This document shows positions 16,012 through 23,182 of a stretch of 39,236 bases of DNA, piece by piece. Source of the stretch: a virus (Duplodnaviria; Caudoviricetes); IMG/VR virus record IMGVR_UViG_3300017747_002857, positions 1 through 39,236 of that record; one strand, given 5' to 3'. Positions within the stretch are counted from its first letter, which is position 1. Each line of letters starts with the position of its first letter. The notes beneath the pieces are model-generated. The model saw only the letters and a program-made list of their open reading frames with translations. It did not search any database and was not told where the DNA came from. The position numbers and the translations under genes were made by a program.

Positions 16012-18430
16012 TGACCGTCACCTTACCCATCAACGCCAGCACGCAGAACGGCAGCGGCTGGTTTTGCTGCAGCTCCGCTTTCCACGTCTCGCCCCAGCCG
16101 AGCGTGTTGACCCGCTTGTTGCCGGTGTACGGCACGAACGGCTGGCCGATCGCACCGAGGCCGAACCTGCGAAACGGCAGATCCTCACTCGACTGCTCGA
16201 CGCCCTCATCGTTGAATGTCTTGATCGTGCCGCCATACGATTTGTAGAGCTTGGCGATGATGGTGCTGACGCTGATCTGGCAGCCCTGCGCGGTCGTGCC
16301 TTGGAGCGCCACCTCGAGCGTCAGCGGGCGCAGGCGGCTCTGGTAATGCAACCCCGCCTCGATCGTCGCCACGGGCCGCGGCAGCGTAATCTGGCCGCCG
16401 GTGACGGTCGCCGCGGGGAACACGACACCATCGGCCAGCACGTCCAGCGCCTCGCCCTCCAGGTGATCGAAGCCGGCCCAGACTGCCGCCAGCGGCGTTG
16501 CCGTGCCGAGTGTCGTTGCAGCGCCGGGGTCAGTCTCCAGCGCGTAATTGATCGTCGTGCCCGCGGTGCCAGCGGTGCACATGAAATCTCGGTTGTAGCC
16601 GGCCGGATCACATCCGGCGATGCGAACGCTTGAGCCAACACCAAGCCCGTGCGCGGTCAGCGTGGTCACCGTGACAGTGCCGGCCAGCCACGAGATCGCG
16701 GTGATTTCAATGGGATCAAATGAGCCGGTCAGGCAGGAATCCGTGTTGACGGTCGGGTCGAGGCGTTCGACAAAGCGCTTGGTCGCCCCGCCGATCGTGC
16801 GGTTGACGATGCACCACACCTGATCGGTGTCGAGGTATGGAATGGACGAAAACGACTCGTACAGCCCTTTGGTCACGCGCCGCCCGAAGCCGACGACCTC
16901 CTGCTCGCGCGAGATTGCCATTGCCACCGCCTGGCCGTCGGCGCGCACCGACCACAGGGTTGAGTCCGGCTCCTGCGCGTAGGCCATTTCGGTGATGCCG
17001 CCCTCGGTGATGTGCTCGGACAGAATCGTCAGGTCCGGCGAGCCGTAGGCGTCCTGATCGACCTTGTAGCCGGCTGCGCGAATCTTCCGCCCAGAGCGCT
17101 GCACGAACAGAATCTCATTGCCCACGCGCACCGGGCGCACGTTCTTGATGCCGTACTGCGTCTCTGGTGACGCCTGCACATTGGTTCCGGCCAGCGGCTT
17201 CTCGACGCCGCCGGTCACTGAAAACTCGCCGCCGTAGGTCAGCGGCAGCAGCGCCCTTTTCAGCGCAGACACCTGCTGGATTGGATTCTGCTGGTCGGAC
17301 ACCAGATCGAAGTCGAGGCCGTCCGTGTCAAGCCCGCCCGTGGTGAAATCGTTATAGCGCGCGGTGCGCGAACCCCACACGCGGTTCGGGAATGCAGTCG
17401 TGCCGGCGAGGATCAGCCGCTGCTGGAACAAAAAGGCCGCGCGCGGGTAGCCGTTGGTCGCATTCCAGATCTTCGTTTCCATCGACCAGGAGCCGGACGG
17501 CGCCGCGGTGGTGCCGGTCAGCACTGAGCGCACCTTGCCGGACACGATCAGGTTGCTGGTAAAGCCGGTGATTTCGACCACCCCGCCGTTGATGTGCACG
17601 TAGCGGCCAACGTCGGTAGTGGGGGCGCTTTTCCAGCCGGCAGCGGTCAGCGTCAGGGTGATCGCAGCACCCTCGGGTCCGGCGACGGATGGTGTGAGCG
17701 TCGTTTTCGGCGACTCGGTCAGCGTCCAGTTGCCGGAGGTCAGCAGCACGGCGCTGAAGTCGTCCGAAATATCGACCGTCACAATCGTCGTGCTGGTGTA
17801 GCCGACAATCGTTGCCACACCATCGCCGGAGGTGATCTGCCGGCCAACGTCGGCGGGCTCGAACACGGCGGATGCCGCGGTTGCGCTGATGCCTGTTCCG
17901 GTGACGGCACCCAGCGTGACGTTCGATGCGGGTTTCGTGCCCACCTCGTCGTGAGGCTCGACAATGAAGGGATAAACGCCGAGCTTCCACGCCGCGTGCC
18001 CCGATCGGGTGAGTCGGCGCACCGGGTAGGTCGGGTGCACCATGAACGCGGTGTCGGCACTTTGCACGTAGTTCAAGTCGGTCAGATCGGCTTCCGCGTA
18101 TGGCGTGACGATTTCGTATGGCACGGTGGGCGCAGACTCCACCTGACCGTTGTCCTTGAAAACCCGCATATAAAGGTCGCCCCACTCCAACTGGTACGCC
18201 TGCGAGGAGGAGAACACGAACGGGATCAGACGCGAGCGCTTGGCGCTGTTTTTGGTCTCGGCGACGAAGGGTTGTCCGGGGCAACGGTTCGCGCCGCCAT
18301 GCACCAGCGGATACATGCCCTCCATGATTTCGGCGCCGTTCTTGTATTTCGCGAGATCCACGCGCGACTGCAGCCGCGGCGAGACCTCGCCGGAGGTGAA
18401 ATTCGTCTGGATGAACTGGCTGCGCGACAT
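16004..18430 (-). CDS. Tail nozzle / tubular protein B (gp12-like)
   Basis: QTNFTSGEVSPRL..R.DLAKY N-terminus, QSADT, GYP...FQQRL. Confidence 0.88.
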   Translation of the reverse strand: MSRSQFIQTNFTSGEVSPRLQSRVDLAKYKNGAEIMEGMYPLVHGGANRCPGQPFVAETKNSAKRSRLIPFVFSSSQAYQLEWGDLYMRVFKDNGQVESAPTVPYEIVTPYAEADLTDLNYVQSADTAFMVHPTYPVRRLTRSGHAAWKLGVYPFIVEPHDEVGTKPASNVTLGAVTGTGISATAASAVFEPADVGRQITSGDGVATIVGYTSTTIVTVDISDDFSAVLLTSGNWTLTESPKTTLTPSVAGPEGAAITLTLTAAGWKSAPTTDVGRYVHINGGVVEITGFTSNLIVSGKVRSVLTGTTAAPSGSWSMETKIWNATNGYPRAAFLFQQRLILAGTTAFPNRVWGSRTARYNDFTTGGLDTDGLDFDLVSDQQNPIQQVSALKRALLPLTYGGEFSVTGGVEKPLAGTNVQASPETQYGIKNVRPVRVGNEILFVQRSGRKIRAAGYKVDQDAYGSPDLTILSEHITEGGITEMAYAQEPDSTLWSVRADGQAVAMAISREQEVVGFGRRVTKGLYESFSSIPYLDTDQVWCIVNRTIGGATKRFVERLDPTVNTDSCLTGSFDPIEITAISWLAGTVTVTTLTAHGLGVGSSVRIAGCDPAGYNRDFMCTAGTAGTTINYALETDPGAATTLGTATPLAAVWAGFDHLEGEALDVLADGVVFPAATVTGGQITLPRPVATIEAGLHYQSRLRPLTLEVALQGTTAQGCQISVSTIIAKLYKSYGGTIKTFNDEGVEQSSEDLPFRRFGLGAIGQPFVPYTGNKRVNTLGWGETWKAELQQNQPLPFCVLALMGKVTVND

Positions 18431-18433
18431 CGG

Positions 18434-19018
18434 TTAAAACACGCGCGCCGCAATGAGAGGTGTGTCGCCCACTTCCTCGGGCGTGTCTTCGGTGCCGTCG
18501 ATCGTGCGCGCTTGGCGCAGGTGGAACTGGTAGAGCTTGACCATCGCGTCCTGCTGCGTTTGCGACTTGGTGATCGGGTAGGCGAGATTTGCGGCCATCG
18601 CGGCGACCAGCGCCATCGTCAGCAGCGAGTCGTATTTCGTGACGTCGGTCAACTGACGCACGTAGCGCAGGTAACAGGTCGCCTCGTCCATCATGATCAC
18701 GTTGCCGGCGTCCGAGCTTTCGAGCCGGTATTCCGGCACGTCGCCATCGCGGCCGACCTTCCACACGCGCAGGCAGTCGCCGGGCAGCAGGAACTGATAA
18801 GCCCAATCGAATGCGGGCGTGTTGCTATCTGGCGCGAGCGCTACGCGCTTCATCGCCACATTCCACGGGTGCGAGCGCAAGGTCGCATCACGCACAAGCG
18901 GCCACAGATTTGAACTCAGCAGCGGTCCCGTGCCTTGTTCGGTGAAGCTGGAAATCGCGGCGCCGCCGAGCAACAGCAGTGCGTTTGAGCAGATCTGTAC
19001 TTCGCTGGTTGCGGCCAT
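18434..19018 (-). CDS. Head-tail adaptor / tail tubular protein A (gp11-like)
   Basis: SEVQICSNALLLLG...HPWNVAMKRVAL...AYQFLLPGDCLRV. Confidence 0.88.
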   Translation of the reverse strand: MAATSEVQICSNALLLLGGAAISSFTEQGTGPLLSSNLWPLVRDATLRSHPWNVAMKRVALAPDSNTPAFDWAYQFLLPGDCLRVWKVGRDGDVPEYRLESSDAGNVIMMDEATCYLRYVRQLTDVTKYDSLLTMALVAAMAANLAYPITKSQTQQDAMVKLYQFHLRQARTIDGTEDTPEEVGDTPLIAARVF

Positions 19019-19037
19019 CGCGTTACTCCATCAATGC

Positions 19038-19106
19038 AAAAAGGTTGCCGCCGGAGTTTTGTAGGCTGGCCAGGGAGGAGGTCTGGCCATCCATCCCCGG
19101 CGGCAA
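19038..19106 (-). terminator. Long compound hairpin followed by U-tract after the cement gene
   Basis: TTGCCGCCGG/CCGGCGGCAA outer stem, TGGCCAG/CTGGCCA inner stem, then CCTTTTT on the - strand. Confidence 0.55.
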
Positions 19107-19123
19107 TTTTTAAAGGACGGTGA

Positions 19124-19687
19124 TCAGTCCTGAACGTAGGCCATGTGCAGCCCAATGTTCTGGGTGATGGCCACCACCGCGCCCGCAACCGTGCCGCGGA
19201 TGTCGGTATCGTTGGTCGAACTCGGCACGCCGGTGCCATCCTTGGTGCCGTCCGTGGTCTCGTAGGCCGTGGTGCCCAGAGAATCGGAAGCGACCGCAGG
19301 CGTCGCGTTGCCGGCCGCGTTGATCGCGGTGGCGGCAAGGTGACGCGCAACCGTGACGTTATCGCCCAGGTTCATCGTGCAGGCGGCGGTGCCGGCATTC
19401 CACGACAGACGGCTGATGTAGCCGAGAATCCGCACACCGACCGGCAAGCGCACGAAATACAGGATGTCCGCGATCTGCGGCGCGGTTGCATTCGCCGCCC
19501 ACAAGCCGCAGGCATACCGGATGCGCCCGTGGTTCAAATTCACCTTGATGCGGGTCGGCGGAGCGGCATTGAGCCCCGTGACCTGCGTGGTGAAAAAGTT
19601 GGTGCCGAACGTGTAGTGACGCGACGGATTGAGCGCCTGAGCGACCAGCCAGCCGAGCATTGCCGAGAGAATCGTTTTCGTTTTCAT
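19124..19687 (-). CDS. Capsid cement/decoration protein (Bbp16-like position and fold pattern)
   Basis: Directly after the capsid gene; beta-rich GRIRY...DILYFVRLPVGVRIL...MAYVQD; AAGGAA RBS. Confidence 0.7.
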   Translation of the reverse strand: MKTKTILSAMLGWLVAQALNPSRHYTFGTNFFTTQVTGLNAAPPTRIKVNLNHGRIRYACGLWAANATAPQIADILYFVRLPVGVRILGYISRLSWNAGTAACTMNLGDNVTVARHLAATAINAAGNATPAVASDSLGTTAYETTDGTKDGTGVPSSTNDTDIRGTVAGAVVAITQNIGLHMAYVQD

Positions 19688-19716
19688 GTCGAATTTCCTT
19701 TAAATGTGAGCTTTAA

Positions 19717-19784
19717 ATTCCGGCGAGCTGGCTAGGCCCGCCGGAATATCCCGCCCGTAAATGTCGAGGCCCTAGCCGGTCTCG
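19717..19784 (-). promoter_or_regulatory. Two hairpins with complementary loops (kissing-loop element)
   Basis: Loops GGCUAG and CUAGCC(A) between the capsid and cement genes. Confidence 0.55.
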
Positions 19785-19792
19785 TTATTCAG

Positions 19793-20806
19793 TTACTCGA
19801 AGCAGCCAATCTCGACGACGCCCTCGTCTTCGACCCGCACGGCACCGATCGACTCGCGCGCGTAGACCTGCACGGCCATGTTCTTGCCGGGCATTTTGTC
19901 GAGCGAAGTGACGATGTCTTTGCCGATGCCCAGGCGCACGCACGGCTTGCACCAGGCCGCCGCAAAGCGCGTCGTGCCTGACTTGGCAAGGCGCTCCGAG
20001 CGGATGAACTTGAAGCCGAGGAAGGTGTCGACCGACCCGTTGGCCAGCGCTTTCACGCTGTTGTAATCGACCGATTTGATCTCGGTCGTGCCGTAGAGGT
20101 TGGTCAACTGCTTGCTCGAGCACACGAGCACGCGCGAGGGCGTCTCGCCCTGCCCCGTTGCGTCCTGCCCCGGGTCGGACTGCACTTCGGCCGCGTCGAG
20201 CAGCTCCTTCGTCGACAGCAGTTTCGCCAGCGTCAAGCCGGTGCCGCCTTCCGCGATCTTCTGACCGGCGGGCAACGCCGTGGTGCCGGTACCGGTGCGG
20301 GCCGAGCCGCGCACAGCCGCGTAGATCACGTCGTCTTTGGCGCGATTCAACGCTGCAACGGCCATGCGGGTGTAGGCGGATGCCGGGTCAACGAGCAGAC
20401 GGATTTCGTCCAGCTCATCAACGAGGTCAGCCCAGCCCTTGTCCTGCAGGTCGATCCAGCGACGGCTGTGCGGCGTGGTCACGTACTGCGTATCACCGTG
20501 GCGCGTGGTGATGTCGTACGCTTCCGTGCGGCCGACACGTTCAACCGACTTCGACTGGCCGACGATGCCGCTGACCACTTCGACGTACGCCGAGAAGCGC
20601 GAGGCCATTTGCTGCGCGAGGGTGTAGAAATTGCCCTCGTATTGGTTGACGAACGCTTCCGTGATCTGGAACGAATACATCGTTGCCAGATCGGGCGTCA
20701 GCGAACGCGGGAGTGCGAGCGCGAGTTGCGCCGCGGTGAGGAAAAACGCGAAGACGCCGGCGACGAGATACAGCGCCCCGGTGCCGATTACCTTGATGCA
20801 TTTCAT
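19793..20806 (-). CDS. Major capsid protein with ~42-aa hydrophobic N-terminal extension
   Basis: Core ITEAFVNQY...AQQMASR...DEIRLLVDPASAY...NRAKDDVI...FLGFKFI..ERL...GAVRVEDEGVVEI; AAGGAG RBS 7 nt before ATG 20806. Confidence 0.92.
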   Translation of the reverse strand: MKCIKVIGTGALYLVAGVFAFFLTAAQLALALPRSLTPDLATMYSFQITEAFVNQYEGNFYTLAQQMASRFSAYVEVVSGIVGQSKSVERVGRTEAYDITTRHGDTQYVTTPHSRRWIDLQDKGWADLVDELDEIRLLVDPASAYTRMAVAALNRAKDDVIYAAVRGSARTGTGTTALPAGQKIAEGGTGLTLAKLLSTKELLDAAEVQSDPGQDATGQGETPSRVLVCSSKQLTNLYGTTEIKSVDYNSVKALANGSVDTFLGFKFIRSERLAKSGTTRFAAAWCKPCVRLGIGKDIVTSLDKMPGKNMAVQVYARESIGAVRVEDEGVVEIGCFE

Positions 20807-20853
20807 GGTGAGGCTCCTTGATCGAGTTGAGTGTGAGTTCGCTCTCGCTCGGT

Positions 20854-20975
20854 CAAGTTGTCCGCGGGTGCGGGCTTGCCTACAGCGGGTGCTGCTGGTG
20901 TTACGGTTGCGGGCCGTCTCCGGTTATCCGCTGCGCCCTGCTAGGTCCTTTCGGGTCGGTGTCCGATTGTCCGAA
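20854..20975 (-). promoter_or_regulatory. Structured capsid mRNA leader: three hairpins with a shared AYAA/C internal loop
   Basis: Hairpins at 20975-20950, 20931-20909 and 20878-20854; see findings. Confidence 0.65.
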
Positions 20976-21968
20976 TTACAGCTTTACCGCTTGACGTGCG
21001 CGCGTCACTTTCGGTTTCGCGCCGCCCTTCATCAGTTCAGAAACCCGCTGCACGGTCCAGTCGTGCGTCGGGTCGGCTTTGTTCCAATACGCTGGGCTTG
21101 AGTAGAGCGTGTCGAGTTCGCTCGTGACGCCGGCCGATTCGCCGCCGATTGATTTGTCTTCCTTCAGCTCGGCGCCGATCGCCTCCAGAATCTGCATGAC
21201 CACCGGGTGATTGCCGATCGCGTCCATCGTCTCGCTGTTCCGCAGCGCTTGCGGCACGAAGCGATTGAATGCCTTCACCGCGTTCTGCATGCGCGGGCTA
21301 TCCGGCTTGACGCCGTCGGCACCCCACACCTTGGCGAGTTGCTCGCGGCCGGACTTCATCGCGTGCTGGTAGCCCTCTTCATACAGGTTCGGGACCATCG
21401 TCATGAGGCCGGTCAGCGCCTCATCGTATTGGCCCTGCGTGAGCTTGGCTTTCAGGGCGAAGGCGTTGAACTCCTTCGTAAACTCGCCGGGCAGCTCAAT
21501 GTCCTTGCCGCCGTTGGCTTCCTTCAGCTTGGCGACGACGGCGTCGGTTTTGTAGCCGTCAGCGGCTTCCGGCGGCGCGCCGCCCTCACCCATGCGCTTT
21601 TCGAGCTGGCCGTAGACCTGGTTGACCTTTGCGAGCGTTGCGCTGACGTCGAGCTTGCCGTCCGTGCCTAGTACGCGGAGCTTCTCCGGGATAGTGGCCA
21701 GAGGGTCTGCAACAACCGCTGCCGCACCTGCTGCCGCCGCACCATCCTTGCCTGCGCCAGCCGCCGCCGAAAGCAGCGTGCCTTCTCCTGCTGCGCCTGC
21801 AGCGGCCCCTGCGCCCTTGTCGCCACCAGCCGCAGCCGCGCCCGCATCGACTCCGGCAGCGCCAGCGTCTCCACTGGTGGCAGCGGCCCCTCCACCAGCG
21901 CCCACACCTGCGCCGGCGTCTCCCGCCTGGTCCATGAGCACAACATAGTTACTCCTCCGAATCAGCAT
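20976..21968 (-). CDS. Capsid scaffolding protein
   Basis: GGAGG RBS; A/G-rich disordered N-terminus, YGQLEKRMG..GAPPE, GNHPVV, SPAYWN..DPTH; directly before the capsid gene. Confidence 0.85.
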   Translation of the reverse strand: MLIRRSNYVVLMDQAGDAGAGVGAGGGAAATSGDAGAAGVDAGAAAAGGDKGAGAAAGAAGEGTLLSAAAGAGKDGAAAAGAAAVVADPLATIPEKLRVLGTDGKLDVSATLAKVNQVYGQLEKRMGEGGAPPEAADGYKTDAVVAKLKEANGGKDIELPGEFTKEFNAFALKAKLTQGQYDEALTGLMTMVPNLYEEGYQHAMKSGREQLAKVWGADGVKPDSPRMQNAVKAFNRFVPQALRNSETMDAIGNHPVVMQILEAIGAELKEDKSIGGESAGVTSELDTLYSSPAYWNKADPTHDWTVQRVSELMKGGAKPKVTRARQAVKL

Positions 21969-22197
21969 TTGGATCCTCCACCCCTTTAGAACGATTGACC
22001 TGCCCAAGTATGAAATCGAGCACCGAGCGGCGCCCGCAGTTGTAGTCCGTCTTGCGCGCGCCCTCGGTGCCGCCATCCGCCCACAGCTTGCCGCCGAAGC
22101 GTTTGACCAGGTCGTCGATCACGGCCATGCCGGACGGCGAGCCCTCGAACGCTCGCGCGTAATCGCCCGGCGTGCACTGTCTGGCCTTCTCAGCCAT
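21949..22197 (-). CDS. Bbp19-like head protein
   Basis: DYARAFEGSPSGMAVIDDLVKRF...GRRSVLDFI; normally lies directly after the portal gene. Confidence 0.75.
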   Translation of the reverse strand: MAEKARQCTPGDYARAFEGSPSGMAVIDDLVKRFGGKLWADGGTEGARKTDYNCGRRSVLDFILGQVNRSKGVEDPNADSEE

Positions 22198-22645
22198 GCG
22201 CCACCGCGATGGCCGGTTGCAGCAACGAACCCATGCGCGCAATCTCGCGCCCGATGATCTGCTGGGTGATCTGGAACAGCTCCTCGACCGTGTTGAAGCC
22301 GCAATCGGTCGGGATGCCGTTGACCGTGATCTCGGCGTACCACTTGCCGCCGCACACATGCTGACCGATCTCGCGCCGGCCGTTGATCTCGTATGGCGCG
22401 ATGCAGCGCTTGTTGTATTCGTCCGCGTCCTGCACGTAGAACGAATCGATCTGCAGGACGTCGCGCTGATCGGCGGTGATTGCGTTGGCTGCGACCAGCC
22501 CTTCCGTGACGAGCAGCACCTCAGCCACGTACCGGTCGAACTCGACCAGATCGGTGAACGGGAAGGAGAAGTCACGCCCGCCCGCGCGCAGGCTGCACAC
22601 CCGGCCGCCGTTCGTGGCCTTGATGTTGATCGAATCGATTTTCAT
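22190..22645 (-). CDS. Hypothetical protein in head-spike cassette
   Basis: TGATG coupling to the upstream gene; plausible globular protein. Confidence 0.65.
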   Translation of the reverse strand: MKIDSINIKATNGGRVCSLRAGGRDFSFPFTDLVEFDRYVAEVLLVTEGLVAANAITADQRDVLQIDSFYVQDADEYNKRCIAPYEINGRREIGQHVCGGKWYAEITVNGIPTDCGFNTVEELFQITQQIIGREIARMGSLLQPAIAVAHG

Positions 22646-22953
22646 CAGGACTGTGCGCTCAGCTCGTAGCCGATGGTCTTCAGCGCCTGGCCGGCGAGGT
22701 GGAAAAGCCGCCACTGTTCGCCGTGCGCTACGGTAACGGCGGTCGCCGTCTGGTCGCTGTTGTAGGTGGATTGATCCGCCCACGTTTGACCGTTGTTCGT
22801 CGACTTCTGCGTCTTGACGGTATTGCTCGCATCGAGGCCGGTAATCGTCACCTTCATGCTGGTGAAGCCGCTCGGGACGACCAGCTCGGCCGAGGTCTCG
22901 CCGATCTGGACGCTTTGACCGCTGGCGAAGCTGCCTTTTACGTTTTGGGACAT
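22645..22953 (-). CDS. Small beta-sandwich virion protein (spike-base/decoration-like, Asp-box)
   Basis: AAGGAG RBS; TQKSTNNGQTWAD resembles TLQRSFDAGATWLD of 25671..25952. Confidence 0.6.
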   Translation of the reverse strand: MSQNVKGSFASGQSVQIGETSAELVVPSGFTSMKVTITGLDASNTVKTQKSTNNGQTWADQSTYNSDQTATAVTVAHGEQWRLFHLAGQALKTIGYELSAQS

Positions 22954-22966
22954 GACATTTCTCCTT

Positions 22967-23182
22967 TTACTTGCTCACTGCCGAACCGCCGGCGGGTAAA
23001 TCACTGATCGGCGGCTTGGCGACAATGCCCGGCCACACCGGCAGCTTGCGAAGCTGCGTAGCCGCGCGCATAAGCGCCCCGATCGCCACCGGGTCTGTTT
23101 CTTGGTTTGCAAGCCACTCGCACTGACGCGCCGCACGTTCACGCGAGTCCTTTTCTACCTGCGTGCGTTCGGCGTCGCTCAT
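22967..23182 (-). CDS. Hypothetical protein
   Basis: ATGA-coupled to the fibre gene. Confidence 0.6.
   Translation of the reverse strand: MSDAERTQVEKDSRERAARQCEWLANQETDPVAIGALMRAATQLRKLPVWPGIVAKPPISDLPAGGSAVSK

Noticed and set aside
5285-18913. Long + strand ORFs (5285..7309, 10277..11509, 11549..12985, 13117..15162, 17594..18913; likewise 25916..27574, and 37198..38394 on the - strand)
   Set aside because: Antisense shadows of real genes caused by high-GC codon bias; Arg/Ala-rich with no motifs or RBS.
19717-19792. Hammerhead or twister ribozyme
   Set aside because: The conserved cores (CUGANGA...GAAA; twister consensus) are not present; only the loop-loop complementarity is supported.
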